The notes: generated by a model not told the origin, from the letters alone. A stretch of DNA of 64,000 bases from a virus (IMGVR_UViG_3300033552_000004:2415-66414), one strand, 5' to 3'; shown: positions 27,541 to 37,957, counted from the first letter of the stretch. Numbers and translations: made by a program.

Positions 27541-29939
27541 GAGTTGTATACGACATTGAAGCTACTAACCTCTTGACGCACGAAACAATTGACTATACGG
27601 CATCGCCGTATGTGTTACTGCCAGCCTTCAAAATGCACTGCATTGTGGCAAAGGACATTGACACGAAGTCGGTTTATAAGTTTGTCGGGAAAGAAATAAA
27701 AACCCAGTTCCCACAATTGCTGGCTGAAGCATCTACGTTGATTTGTCATAACCAGATTTCGTATGATCTTTTGGCACTCAAGCTTTACTTAGGCATCGAC
27801 TACACAATCGGGGAAACCTGCACATTAAACGGGCGGGAGGTCGAGATAGTCGATACGCTAGTTTTAAGCAAAACATTGAATCCAGACCGCTACCTTGGTC
27901 ACAGCATCGCTGCATGGGGTGATCGTTTGGGCCTGGCTAAGATTGACTGGAGGGCTAAGGCAATTGAGCTTGGCCTGATTACTTTTAGTTCGCCTAAAGG
28001 TGCTGAATTTGCCGTGTACCATCCTGAGATGTTAAAGTACAACGAGCGCGACGTTGACGTCAACGAAGCCGTGTACCATGCGTTAATGAAGGAGTGGGGT
28101 GAGTGGGATTGGAGTGGGCCGTTTGCGCTGGAGCAGATGACGCGTGACATTGTCACGCGACAGGAACACCGTGGGTTTTGGTATGACTCAGACCTTGGCG
28201 AGTGGTGCGTACGTGATCTGGACGAGAAGATGGAAGACATCCGCACCATCGTTGAACCTCTGTTGCCGCCTAAGCCTATGGGGGTGACTAAGCTTAAGGC
28301 TTTCATGCCGCCGAAGATTCAGTTTAAAAAGAACGGTGAAGTGTCTGCGGTGCTGGAGAAGTGGGTTGAGCGGCACGGCGGCAAGATCAGCAGAGATGAA
28401 TCAGGACTTTACACGGAGCTTTATGGTAATCCTATTGCCTTGCCGCTTGATGTTGAGACATCAATTCAGACGCATGAGCCTGCCACTGTGAAAGATATCA
28501 CCCACATAAAGGGTTACCTGGTAGGTCTAGGCTGGTCGCCAACTCAGTATAAAGAGCGCGACCTGACGGTGGACAGTAAAAAGAACAAGCTGTCACAAGA
28601 GAAGTTTGAGATTGCAGCGACGCGCTACGCAGAGCAGACCTTGGCAAGTCCATTTTGTAAGGACAGGCTGATTGAACTGAATACGTCTCGCAAGAACCTG
28701 CTGAACAAGCTCTTGAGCCACGACATTAAGCGTCCACTGAAGGTGTACACTAACCCGACGATTACAGTTGGGATGGAAAAGGAGATTGACCCAGCGTTGC
28801 TAGAACTGGCTGACAAGTTTCCACATGCCAAGTTGGTGAGTGAGTACTTGACCTATTCGCACAGGCGGAACAGTATTTTAGGTGGAGGTGTTGACCCTGA
28901 CGAGATGGATGAGGATGACGAGTGGACTGGCAAGGGTTTTATGGCTGCTGAACGTATCCAAATTGACCATCGCATACCGACCCCTGCGGATACCTGCGGA
29001 GCCGGTACAAGCCGTTTTAAGCACAAGCTGGTGGCAAATATTCCACGGGTGACAAGCCTATACGGCGATAAGATGCGGGCACAGTTTGGAGTGGATGTTG
29101 AGGACGGAAAGATTCAGTTAGGCTACGATTTTGACAGTCTGGAGGCGAAGATCGAGGCACACTATGTTTACCGATACCCTGGCGGGCCTGAGTATGGTGT
29201 GTCGTTGATTGCCGACAAGCCAAACGACTGCCACACTGTGCTGGCCCTTAGCATCAGCAAGATACTCGGCAGGCCATTCCCAAGGGGGACTGCGAAGAAT
29301 GTGAAGTACGGTTGCAGCTATAACGCACAGATAGCGCGAGTAGCTAAGACTGTAGGCTGTAGTCTGGAGGACGCTGAAATTATCTTCAACGAGTTCTGGT
29401 CGCAAGCTGCACCTTTGAAGCTGTTAAAAGAGAAGATGCAGAAGTACTGGGAAACCACTGGGCAGAAAAAGTTCTTGTGCGGGCTAGATGGGCGCAAGCT
29501 CCCTATCCGTTCAAAGGGCAATGTGATTAACACGGCGTTCCAAAGTGCTGGCGTGATCTGTGCCAAACGAGCGATGGTGATTCACGAACAGAAGTTGAAG
29601 GATGCAGGGCTATACGTTGACTTCTTTCGAGACGACTGGAAGTCGAAGTCGTATTGCCAGCAGCTTATTGCGTATCACGACGAAGCCCAGCTTGAAATTT
29701 GCCGTGAACAGGTTGAGTGGAAGAAGTTTAAGGACGAGGGTGCCTGTAAGGTATTCAAGCCGGAAGACGGTAGAGTCTGGTCAGACCCTGTCCACAACGA
29801 CAAGGGATGGTTTCGTGGGTATGTTCAGGCTGGTGAACTGGCAACTGAGGCAGTGAGAGAGTCTGGTCAGTACTACAAGTTGAATGTCGAGTTGTCGGCT
29901 GGGTATATGTTGGGTACGAACTGGGGCACTTGTCATTGA
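27537..29939 (+). CDS. polA: family A DNA polymerase with 3'-5' exonuclease
   Basis: Exo I DIE, HN...YD, YN..DV; motif A D..SLE, motif B R..AK...YG..Y, motif C HDE. Confidence 0.93.
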   Translation: MRVVYDIEATNLLTHETIDYTASPYVLLPAFKMHCIVAKDIDTKSVYKFVGKEIKTQFPQLLAEASTLICHNQISYDLLALKLYLGIDYTIGETCTLNGREVEIVDTLVLSKTLNPDRYLGHSIAAWGDRLGLAKIDWRAKAIELGLITFSSPKGAEFAVYHPEMLKYNERDVDVNEAVYHALMKEWGEWDWSGPFALEQMTRDIVTRQEHRGFWYDSDLGEWCVRDLDEKMEDIRTIVEPLLPPKPMGVTKLKAFMPPKIQFKKNGEVSAVLEKWVERHGGKISRDESGLYTELYGNPIALPLDVETSIQTHEPATVKDITHIKGYLVGLGWSPTQYKERDLTVDSKKNKLSQEKFEIAATRYAEQTLASPFCKDRLIELNTSRKNLLNKLLSHDIKRPLKVYTNPTITVGMEKEIDPALLELADKFPHAKLVSEYLTYSHRRNSILGGGVDPDEMDEDDEWTGKGFMAAERIQIDHRIPTPADTCGAGTSRFKHKLVANIPRVTSLYGDKMRAQFGVDVEDGKIQLGYDFDSLEAKIEAHYVYRYPGGPEYGVSLIADKPNDCHTVLALSISKILGRPFPRGTAKNVKYGCSYNAQIARVAKTVGCSLEDAEIIFNEFWSQAAPLKLLKEKMQKYWETTGQKKFLCGLDGRKLPIRSKGNVINTAFQSAGVICAKRAMVIHEQKLKDAGLYVDFFRDDWKSKSYCQQLIAYHDEAQLEICREQVEWKKFKDEGACKVFKPEDGRVWSDPVHNDKGWFRGYVQAGELATEAVRESGQYYKLNVELSAGYMLGTNWGTCH

Positions 29940-30111
29940 GTTCTCATTATTAAGAAAAGGAATTTATGCTTTATTTTTGCATTTATGTTTTGGTTGTTTC
30001 GGCATGTCAGTTTGTGGCAAGCGTCCCTGCCGCCAGTGGGCCTACGATTGGGCAGTGCGTGAGCCTCGCTACCGCAACCTACGCACTGCTAATGATTATT
30101 GGCGCTACTAA

Positions 30112-30297
30112 GTGAGAGTGTGGACAAAAGTAGTCTACGCGTGTGACTGCCCAACCTGCGAGTGCTGCGGTGAGCCTGTCTGTGTAGCGTGTGACACGCA
30201 CTACGCAGACTGCGACTGCCCAGGCCCAACGCAAGACGGGTATGACTACAGGCTTAGAAGGGGCGTACTAGAAGCGGCCCTGCAAGACGATGACTGA
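30112..30297 (+). CDS. small Cys-rich protein
   Basis: Multiple CxxC motifs, CDCPGPTQD. Confidence 0.55.
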   Translation: MRVWTKVVYACDCPTCECCGEPVCVACDTHYADCDCPGPTQDGYDYRLRRGVLEAALQDDD

Positions 30298-30652
30298 TGT
30301 TATCCGGCACGGCAAACCCTCAAACGCCTACAAGGCAACTTTGCGAAAGCCTCAGACAGAAGATTTCGATAAATTAGTGAAAGCTTGCATGGCAGCTATC
30401 ATTAATGATGAGGTTGATGTTATAATCTCGTTTGCATACACGATGAAGTTTCCAGACAAATTTCCGAAAGGAATTTGCATGAGCAAGAAGCCAGACGGCA
30501 GCAATGTCCACAAGGTGAAGGCTAAGAGACTTTTGATGTGGCTGTACGAGAACGGCTACACAGCCGCTACGGTGGAAATGCTTGGTGTGCAGAAAAGAGC
30601 TTTCGCCGCGATGGAAAAAGAATTTCAACTTTCTCCCATTAATGAGAAATGA
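30290..30652 (+). CDS. hypothetical protein
   Basis: 120-aa ORF. Confidence 0.65.
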   Translation: MTDVIRHGKPSNAYKATLRKPQTEDFDKLVKACMAAIINDEVDVIISFAYTMKFPDKFPKGICMSKKPDGSNVHKVKAKRLLMWLYENGYTAATVEMLGVQKRAFAAMEKEFQLSPINEK

Positions 30653-30690
30653 GGGTGTACAATGACTACACCAAACAGGGTAGGAGGTAA

Positions 30691-30930
30691 ATGAAGATAA
30701 CAAGCAACGCGGGTGTTTCGATTGAGGTAGATGCAGAGCTTGGCTTGCTGCTAAACGGCAAGCCACCTCACAGCATCGTGCCTCTGGGCGACAACTGGTA
30801 CAGAGCAACAACAGTAGCCTTCTGCAGGATAAAACGTCCTGCGAAAGCAAACGGAATCCGTAAGCGCAAGAAAGCGCTTATGGCAGCAGTTAAACGGTAT
30901 AGATTTTCATTCAACTTTAAACGAGACTAA
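30691..30930 (+). CDS. hypothetical basic protein
   Basis: AGGAGG RBS, TACAAT -10. Confidence 0.6.
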   Translation: MKITSNAGVSIEVDAELGLLLNGKPPHSIVPLGDNWYRATTVAFCRIKRPAKANGIRKRKKALMAAVKRYRFSFNFKRD

Positions 30931-30936
30931 CAGATT

Positions 30937-31146
30937 ATGAGCGAATCACGTAAGCGCGGCAGTTTTAATGAGCGGGTCAAAATGGCCCATGAGCGAAAAG
31001 AAATCATAGAAGAGAATAGGCGCATCCAACGCATGGAGCGAGAGGCATCTATGTCAATCCAGACCAAGCGCAAGCGTGCCAATTTGCGAATGCTGATGGC
31101 ATTTGCCGCAGGCGCTATCGCCAGCGGCCCAAGATTAACAACATAA
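30937..31146 (+). CDS. hypothetical protein
   Basis: 69-aa ORF in operon. Confidence 0.55.
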   Translation: MSESRKRGSFNERVKMAHERKEIIEENRRIQRMEREASMSIQTKRKRANLRMLMAFAAGAIASGPRLTT

Positions 31147-31156
31147 GGAGTAGACA

Positions 31157-31402
31157 ATGTCAAAATTTGAACAAGTAGAGACGGTGAAGGCCCGTGACCT
31201 GGTTGTGGCTGAACAGGCAGAGGCACTTGAAATTGTGGTCGAGCCAGTAGAGAGCGTGATTACACTGCTGGTTTCGACGAAGGTGGCTATGCCGTCAGAG
31301 TTTTTGAAGGACGTCGAGGCCAATACAGCGACAGTCCGCACAATGCTGGACAAGCTGTTCAAAGACCTCGGCGGGGACGTAGTCGGGGTGGACATCATCT
31401 GA
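31157..31402 (+). CDS. hypothetical protein
   Basis: AAGGAG RBS. Confidence 0.6.
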   Translation: MSKFEQVETVKARDLVVAEQAEALEIVVEPVESVITLLVSTKVAMPSEFLKDVEANTATVRTMLDKLFKDLGGDVVGVDII

Positions 31403-31920
31403 TGTTGATTGGCATTACCGGCAAAGCCGGGTCAGGTAAAGACACTGTTGCAGACTACCTGAAGGCCAGTAGTAACTTCAGGTCTATCGCGTTTGCTGAC
31501 CCTATCAGGGCAGGCATGAAAGCCATTTTTGGCTTTGATGACAGGCTCTTCCAGCACCCCGATAAAGAGGTGATCTTGGAAGAGTTTGGCAAGTCGCCCA
31601 GACAAATGATGCAAACCCTTGGGACGGAGTGGGGCCGCGAGAGCGTCAACACAGACTTGTGGCTGATACTGGCAGGCATCAAAGTCAAGGCGTTAAGTGC
31701 TAGAGGCTACAACGTAGCCATCACCGACGTCCGGTTCGAGAACGAGGCAGAATACATTCGCAGTAGTGGTGGAGAAATCTGGCACATTCAAAGGGGAGTC
31801 GCAGGTACGAAACATGTGCACACCAGCGAAGCTGGTGTGGGTTTTGTAGACGGCGACTTGCTTATTGACAACAACGGAACGCTTGCACAGCTTTATGAGC
31901 AAGTTGATGAATACGTTTGA
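31402..31920 (+). CDS. deoxynucleoside monophosphate kinase
   Basis: G.AGSGKDT, FADP, SPR..MQ.LGTEWGR, DVRF.NE, H.SE. Confidence 0.9.
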   Translation: MLIGITGKAGSGKDTVADYLKASSNFRSIAFADPIRAGMKAIFGFDDRLFQHPDKEVILEEFGKSPRQMMQTLGTEWGRESVNTDLWLILAGIKVKALSARGYNVAITDVRFENEAEYIRSSGGEIWHIQRGVAGTKHVHTSEAGVGFVDGDLLIDNNGTLAQLYEQVDEYV

Positions 31921-31929
31921 GAGGGCAAA

Positions 31930-32196
31930 ATGAACACTTGTCTACAGTCAGTACGTGGCGGGTATGTTGCCCCAGCTGCGGAGCAGGAGGGTAGACCATT
32001 GGTGAGGTATGAACCTATCGGCCACGCGATAGTTGTCGGCTACCGTGCCTGGGTTATCCCGCTAGATCACTACGCGAATGACAGGGTGTCTAACACTGGG
32101 CCAGCATTCACCGGCACCGTAGTGGCATACGACGAAACAACAGGCGCTTTTGAAACTCGCCGCACACGCTATGTATTAGCAGACAGGAGACATTAA
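31930..32196 (+). CDS. hypothetical protein
   Basis: 88-aa ORF. Confidence 0.6.
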   Translation: MNTCLQSVRGGYVAPAAEQEGRPLVRYEPIGHAIVVGYRAWVIPLDHYANDRVSNTGPAFTGTVVAYDETTGAFETRRTRYVLADRRH

Positions 32197-32197
32197 C

Positions 32198-32470
32198 ATG
32201 GCAGAACAATTGCCGCACATTGAGTTTGCAGCCGAAGTGGTGCGCCTCGCAATGGAAGCGCAAGACGCACACGATGGCGTAAGTGTCCCCATGAACGGCA
32301 TCGCAATTGCTGCAGCTGCATTGCTGGTAGACATGAGTATCTACACCCCAGGCACCGTTGACGAGGAAACCTTGAAAGAGGTAACTGAGCGGTTTAAGGT
32401 GTGTGTTGATTCCGCAGTTGCTTTTGCATCAGCGCAAGTGGAAGGTGGGGCGCTAAATGCAGTGGCTTGA
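32198..32470 (+). CDS. hypothetical protein
   Basis: AGGAG RBS. Confidence 0.6.
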   Translation: MAEQLPHIEFAAEVVRLAMEAQDAHDGVSVPMNGIAIAAAALLVDMSIYTPGTVDEETLKEVTERFKVCVDSAVAFASAQVEGGALNAVA

Positions 32471-32553
32471 AGTGGCTGTTATCGCTGTACTGGTTGGTTG
32501 CGTTGTTTTAGGAGGCATAGCTGCCGCGATAATCTCAAACAATGGCCTCGACA

Positions 32554-32769
32554 ATGGCTGACATAACAATGTGCATGGGCACATGGTGTGCAAACAAAGA
32601 AACATGCTACCGCTTTACAGCCGTAGCAAACGAGTGGCGGCAGTCTTACTTTCGTGAGATTCCGCTGCAAGACGATGGTAGCTGTGACCATTATTCTCCC
32701 AACGAGAAGGCAGACAAAAGCAAAGGAGCCAAAAGCTCCAACCCCGCTCATAAACGAGCATTAAAATAA
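32554..32769 (+). CDS. small Cys-containing phage protein
   Basis: MADITMC.G..C..K..CYR.TA.....QSYF motif. Confidence 0.6.
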   Translation: MADITMCMGTWCANKETCYRFTAVANEWRQSYFREIPLQDDGSCDHYSPNEKADKSKGAKSSNPAHKRALK

Positions 32770-32780
32770 AGGATACATAC

Positions 32781-33725
32781 ATGTCATTTAAACCAGAATC
32801 CAGCGGCAACACTTCCGGCGCTAAATTTGAAGATACCAGCAAGCTCCCGACCCCACGGGCGGGTAGCCGCAAAGCCCGTATCAGCCTCATCGTAGACTTG
32901 GGTAAACAGAACCGCGAAGATTATGAAGACCCGGTGACTAAAGAGGTGCGGGCACAAAAGCCAGCGCACCAAGTGGCAGTGTTTGCTGATTTGGTTGCTG
33001 ACGTCGTTGACTACGGTGGCAAGATTGGTAAGGCGCAATATCGCTTGATGCTGAACAAGCAGTTCATGGGCCAAGTGCAAGGCGTTAACTTCCAGGCATC
33101 ACCTCCGAAGGATGCCAAAGGCAATACCGTCGCTGGCAAGCCTTGGTGCCTGCACCCAGCCAACCTGCTTGCGAAGCTGTTTAAAGCAGTGGGTAAGGCA
33201 GAGCTTGCAAACGATGACCGTAACAATCCCAACTCAATGGACATCAACCTGCTCCTTAATGAGCCAGTGATGTGCCAGGTAGAGGTCAAGGAAACTGAGG
33301 GCAAAAAGGAAGACGCTGACGGCAACAAGATTGTCTACAAGAACGTCAACTTCAAAGGCGTCTCAGAGATTCCAGAGGACGACGATGGCGCGAAAATTGC
33401 CGTGGCAGCGCTGACTCAGAAGGCACGTTGCATCACTTTCTCCAATGCCACTGCGGACGACATTCAATATATTCGTGCGAACCTGATTGCACAGATTAAG
33501 CTGGCTAACAACTACGCTGGAAGTCAGATGCAGAAAGCGATTGAGGCTTACGAGGCAGCGAATGGTGGCGCAAAGGCTGCAGCCAAGGGTAGTGATGACG
33601 ACGAGGGTGATGAAGAGGAAGAAAAGCCTGCAGCTAAGCCTGCAGCGGCTAAGAAGCCTGCTGCCCCTAAGAAGCCTTCGCCTCCGGTGGGTTTTGATGA
33701 TTTGGACGACGATATTCCGTTCTAA
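32781..33725 (+). CDS. putative ssDNA-binding/recombination-associated protein
   Basis: Low-complexity linker and acidic SSB-like tail FDDLDDDIPF; lies in the replication module. Confidence 0.6.
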   Translation: MSFKPESSGNTSGAKFEDTSKLPTPRAGSRKARISLIVDLGKQNREDYEDPVTKEVRAQKPAHQVAVFADLVADVVDYGGKIGKAQYRLMLNKQFMGQVQGVNFQASPPKDAKGNTVAGKPWCLHPANLLAKLFKAVGKAELANDDRNNPNSMDINLLLNEPVMCQVEVKETEGKKEDADGNKIVYKNVNFKGVSEIPEDDDGAKIAVAALTQKARCITFSNATADDIQYIRANLIAQIKLANNYAGSQMQKAIEAYEAANGGAKAAAKGSDDDEGDEEEEKPAAKPAAAKKPAAPKKPSPPVGFDDLDDDIPF

Positions 33726-33749
33726 TTCTCATTAATAAGAACTAGATAT

Positions 33750-33781
33750 AGCCCTGTACTCGTAAGGGTACAGGGCTTTTT
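33750..33781 (+). terminator. intrinsic terminator
   Basis: AGCCCTGTACTC-GTAA-GGGTACAGGGCT followed by TTTT. Confidence 0.8.
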
Positions 33782-33798
33782 GATTGAGAAGGAGAATT

Positions 33799-34527
33799 AT
33801 GCAACAAAAACAAATGTTTGTCGGAGATACATTTGAGACAAAGGACTCCGGCACGATTCGGGTCATAGAGCTTCTGGTTGGCAGTAAGGCAGTAGTAGAG
33901 TTTGATGACGGCAACACTGGCACGTTCCACAGAGCAAACATTGTCAGAGGTCTTGTTAAAAATTATATGAAGCCAATAATCTTCAATAGGGGGTTTCTAG
34001 GTAGTCCGAGAACTTCAAAATGCAGAGCCTACGGTGTTTGGTCGCAGATGTTCAACAGATGTTACTCTGGAAAGTTCCAAGCTTACCGCGACTGTACGGT
34101 TAATGAGGTTTGGTACGATTTTCAAGTCTTCCGCAGCTGGTATGAGGAACAGAAAAACTCGTCCATATTGGGCTTTGAGTTAGACAAGGATATTCTCCAA
34201 CGAGGGAATAAGATTTACTGTGCAGAACTATGCCAAGTTATCCCAGCCAACCTGAACAAACTTCTTGAAAGCTCTAGGGCCTCAAGAGGGGCGCTACCCT
34301 TGGGCGTATCTTTGCACAAAGGTACTGGTAAGTATTTAGCAAGGTGTTGTGACGCCAAAGGCGGATACCCGCACATCGGGCTTTACCCGACAGTTGACGA
34401 GGCTTTTGCAGCGTACAAAGCGGCTAAAGAGGGTTTTATCAAAGAATCGGCAGAAAAGTACAAGCACCTTATCACTTCCGATGCCTACGACAAATTACTG
34501 CTATGGGAGGTAAAATATAATGACTAG
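33799..34527 (+). CDS. free-standing HNH-type homing endonuclease
   Basis: Y..W..M..RCY, W..FQ.F..W, LDKDIL..GNKIY....C, LP.GV, A..AY..AK. Confidence 0.8.
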   Translation: MQQKQMFVGDTFETKDSGTIRVIELLVGSKAVVEFDDGNTGTFHRANIVRGLVKNYMKPIIFNRGFLGSPRTSKCRAYGVWSQMFNRCYSGKFQAYRDCTVNEVWYDFQVFRSWYEEQKNSSILGFELDKDILQRGNKIYCAELCQVIPANLNKLLESSRASRGALPLGVSLHKGTGKYLARCCDAKGGYPHIGLYPTVDEAFAAYKAAKEGFIKESAEKYKHLITSDAYDKLLLWEVKYND

Positions 34528-35524
34528 AAGTATAGCGGTGATTGACGGGGATTTGATATCCTATCGCTGCGCCGCAGCTAACGAAAAGCGAACAGTTGAC
34601 GCGATGCACAATGAGACGGCTGAATCGCACACGTTCGACACCGTGACAAAGTTCAGGGAGTGGTGTTCTGATTCAGAACTTGACCCTGCGGATTTTACAG
34701 TGACGCCCGGACAGGAAGCCGGAGCTAAAGCCTTTGCATTCGGGAAGTTAAAGAGTATGATTTCAGACATTACCAAGGACGCCAAGTGTGACGACTACCA
34801 TATCGTGTTGTCAGGTAAAGATAATTTTCGACTTGAACTCCCACTACCTACTAGGTACAAAGACTCGCGCAAGGAGAACATCAAGCCACTACAGTTGCAA
34901 GCTTGCCGGGACTACCTAGTTGAGCATCACAATGCAGAGGTGAGTGTCGGGTGCGAAGCAGATGACCTACTCGTCGGGTATATGTACCAAGGGTATAAAG
35001 ACGGAGACTATGTGGTGCAGTGTTCGCTTGACAAAGACGCTTCCCACGGCCCCGGATACTTGTACGATTGGACGCTGATGTCAGAGCCAAAACTTATTAC
35101 GGGCTATGGTGGGCTGACTCTGACCCTAAAAGAGACAGCACGTAAGACTGCTGCAGGCAAGCCTATCGTAGACAAAGTCATTAAAGGCACTGGCAGGGCA
35201 TTCCTGTGGTATCAGATTGTCTTTGGTGACCCGGTAGATTCGTACAAGCCTTGCGAGTTAGCCAAGGCTAAGTTTGGCGAGGTCGGTGCTTATGAGTTGC
35301 TGAAGGATGCCAAGAACGATAAAGAGGCGCTCGAAGCTGTTGTGCGCCAGTATAAGTTGTGGTATCCGACACCTGTTACATACAGGGATTGGAATAATGT
35401 CCTGCACACGAAGTCGTGGCTGGAGATTATGCAGATGTATGCCGACTGCGCGTTTATGCGACGTTGGGAAGGCGACAGACTTGATGTTGAGAAATTGTTG
35501 AATAGGTTAGGAGTGAACGTATAG
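34520..35524 (+). CDS. 5'-3' exonuclease (T7 gp6/T5 D15-like)
   Basis: IDGD, NFR, YK..R, EADD, DKD, GD..D. Confidence 0.88.
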   Translation: MTRSIAVIDGDLISYRCAAANEKRTVDAMHNETAESHTFDTVTKFREWCSDSELDPADFTVTPGQEAGAKAFAFGKLKSMISDITKDAKCDDYHIVLSGKDNFRLELPLPTRYKDSRKENIKPLQLQACRDYLVEHHNAEVSVGCEADDLLVGYMYQGYKDGDYVVQCSLDKDASHGPGYLYDWTLMSEPKLITGYGGLTLTLKETARKTAAGKPIVDKVIKGTGRAFLWYQIVFGDPVDSYKPCELAKAKFGEVGAYELLKDAKNDKEALEAVVRQYKLWYPTPVTYRDWNNVLHTKSWLEIMQMYADCAFMRRWEGDRLDVEKLLNRLGVNV

Positions 35525-35880
35525 TGAGAAAATTTAAAGCGACCTTAAAAGAGTCCAGTTGCCCTGTTGACATTGCCGGGTTTGTCGTCTACATGGCGCT
35601 AACGAAAAACTATGTATCTGCTGGCTACATGGAGGACTCTACCCTGTACCAGCGGTGCAACGAGGGCAGTCCTTTTGTGGAAGTTGATGCAAGTCACGAC
35701 CTACCCTGGCGCTTTAGAGACTTTAACAATTTTGAAAATGGCGCAAATCGAGTAGAAAAGAAGTTGACAAAAGAGGGAGAAAGACTTGTTCTTCATTTTT
35801 TAAATTCCAGCTTCCGTGGCGATAAGTTCCAGGGGGAGTTTATCAACGAGGTTTACAAAGATCAAGGAGCAGAGCTATGA
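35524..35880 (+). CDS. hypothetical protein
   Basis: 118-aa ORF in operon. Confidence 0.6.
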   Translation: MRKFKATLKESSCPVDIAGFVVYMALTKNYVSAGYMEDSTLYQRCNEGSPFVEVDASHDLPWRFRDFNNFENGANRVEKKLTKEGERLVLHFLNSSFRGDKFQGEFINEVYKDQGAEL

Positions 35881-36209
35881 CATTACCTGACAAATTTAAA
35901 TTCACCACTTACGGCGACACATATACTGCTGAGCGCCATGAGTCTGAAGCGCACTACGTCATTTCGTGGGTGAGCTACAATGGTGTACAACATACCAACT
36001 ACGCCACAGAGGTAGTGGCAAGGCGCATCAAGTTAGGGGACTGGCAAATCCTTGCCGAGTCATTTCCTGACATTTACGGCTCATGCGTCAAAATCTGTAA
36101 TCTTATTATTGAGAAGAGAGTCGCAGGAGTAAGCCCAACCGACGACGAGGTCGCTGCACTGATTATTACCCGCACCCTTATTAACCGGCTACTTGATGAC
36201 CGCAACTAA
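35877..36209 (+). CDS. hypothetical protein
   Basis: AAGGAG RBS, ATGA overlap. Confidence 0.6.
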   Translation: MTLPDKFKFTTYGDTYTAERHESEAHYVISWVSYNGVQHTNYATEVVARRIKLGDWQILAESFPDIYGSCVKICNLIIEKRVAGVSPTDDEVAALIITRTLINRLLDDRN

Positions 36210-36732
36210 CCGACGCTGCGGAGGTACAATGTCGGAGTCTCAGTTTCTGGCCTGGGTGCGCTCTGCGCTTCGTAGCAAGAGTTTGCGCTGGCCCCCAAGG
36301 GCCGAAGCACTCAAGCTAGCGAGACGGGCCTACAAAGGCCCAAACAAGCTCCAGAAGTGGCAATTCCAGTGCGCCATGTGTGACGAGTGGTTTAAAGGTA
36401 AAGACGTTGTCGTTGACCACTTCCCTGTGGCAGCTGGCAGCATATTGAAGTGGGAGGACATTGGAGCCTTCGCCAACAACTTGTATTGCGAGACTGACAA
36501 CTTGCGAGTGCTGGACAAAGCCTGCCACGATGCTCACACGCTGGCTGAGAAGATGGGTGTGTCGATTGAAGAGGCCAAGCTTGCAAAGAAAGTAATTGAG
36601 TTTTGCAAGAAAGATAGCAAAGAGGTTATAGAATTCTTGGCTAAAGCAGGCTACAATGGCTCTGCAGTAAGTAATGCAACCAAACGCCGCGCACTGGTCG
36701 AGGTGATATTCAAGGAGAAGTTAAATGGCTGA
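36196..36732 (+). CDS. HNH-family endonuclease (core phage type)
   Basis: RSALR...RWPP, QC..C, VDH, NL.VL...CH. Confidence 0.8.
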   Translation: MTATNRRCGGTMSESQFLAWVRSALRSKSLRWPPRAEALKLARRAYKGPNKLQKWQFQCAMCDEWFKGKDVVVDHFPVAAGSILKWEDIGAFANNLYCETDNLRVLDKACHDAHTLAEKMGVSIEEAKLAKKVIEFCKKDSKEVIEFLAKAGYNGSAVSNATKRRALVEVIFKEKLNG

Positions 36733-37045
36733 TAAAGCAAAAAAGAAGTTGCCGAAATACGTAATGGACGAGTATCAAACGCTCTTCCGGGTGAAAAGGG
36801 TTGGAGACTGTGTAAAGTTCTCACAGCTCGACTCAAAGGCTAGTATTACGACATACGCAGAAGACTTCGACATGGTGCTGGCGCGTGGTGGCTTTCACGA
36901 ACTACCCCCTCCCATTGAAAAGATACTTGACCAGCACCCCGGTCAAGAACAGAAATTCATGCATAGCATAGTCGCATGTTACAAGCAAAGCCTTCTCACT
37001 AATGGGAATACGCAATCACAAAAGGAGACTACAAATGGGAATTGA
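36725..37045 (+). CDS. hypothetical protein
   Basis: AAGGAG RBS. Confidence 0.6.
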   Translation: MADKAKKKLPKYVMDEYQTLFRVKRVGDCVKFSQLDSKASITTYAEDFDMVLARGGFHELPPPIEKILDQHPGQEQKFMHSIVACYKQSLLTNGNTQSQKETTNGN

Positions 37046-37886
37046 AAAAGATTGGCAACATAATGCCCTGGCGCTCGACAAGGTTGGGCTGATGAGCAGG
37101 CGAGAGATTGCTGAAGCACTGGCTGTACCGAAAAGCACCGTCAGCGATTTTCTGCGGAGTTACGATTTAATCCGTCAGGGTGACGACCTGGTAACGGAAT
37201 TTGTCGGCAAACAGTATGATAATAGTCGCATCCTGTTTATCAGCGACATGCACATCCCATACCATCACGACAATCTGCTACCGTTCTTGGAGATGTTGAA
37301 AAAGCGGTACGACCCTACGCGAATTATTTGTCTTGGGGATGAACTGGACAAACATGCAATGTCTTTTCACGACTCCGACCCTGACCTTCCAAGTGCAGGA
37401 GACGAGTTAAAGCGCGCATTGCCAATCATTAAGTCGCTAAAGGCTATGTTTCCAGACATGGACTTGATTGACAGCAATCACGGCTCAATGGTGTATCGCA
37501 AGTCGAAGCATCACGGCATTCCGCGTAGCTACATTCGGAGCTACAACGAAGTGCTGGGGGTTGATGAAGGCTGGCAGTGGCACAACGACTTGACGATTAC
37601 TTTGCCGGATGGGCAAAAGGTCTACATTCACCACGGCAAGAGTTCTGACGCTGTTAAGACGAGCCAGGCTATGAGCATGTCGCACGTATGTGGGCATTTC
37701 CATGAGAGCTTCGGGACGCGCTACTGGGCAAATCCAAATGGTCTGTTTTGGGCTATGAACTCAGGCTGCTTGATTGACGACAAAGCTCTGGCATTTAGCT
37801 ACAACAACGTCAACCTAAAACGACCGATAATCGGGACGTCATTAATTATTGACGGGTATCCGGTGCTAGAGTCCATGCCGCTGTAA
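37035..37886 (+). CDS. metallophosphoesterase with N-terminal HTH
   Basis: SRREIA..L.VPKSTVSD HTH; SDMH, LGDE.D, SNH, HHG, GHFH. Confidence 0.85.
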   Translation: MGIEKDWQHNALALDKVGLMSRREIAEALAVPKSTVSDFLRSYDLIRQGDDLVTEFVGKQYDNSRILFISDMHIPYHHDNLLPFLEMLKKRYDPTRIICLGDELDKHAMSFHDSDPDLPSAGDELKRALPIIKSLKAMFPDMDLIDSNHGSMVYRKSKHHGIPRSYIRSYNEVLGVDEGWQWHNDLTITLPDGQKVYIHHGKSSDAVKTSQAMSMSHVCGHFHESFGTRYWANPNGLFWAMNSGCLIDDKALAFSYNNVNLKRPIIGTSLIIDGYPVLESMPL

Positions 37887-37957
37887 CATCTGTTACAATA
37901 ACAACAACACGCAGCAGAGTTGCTGCGTGAATTAAAAGAATTGAATAGGAGGTGTGA

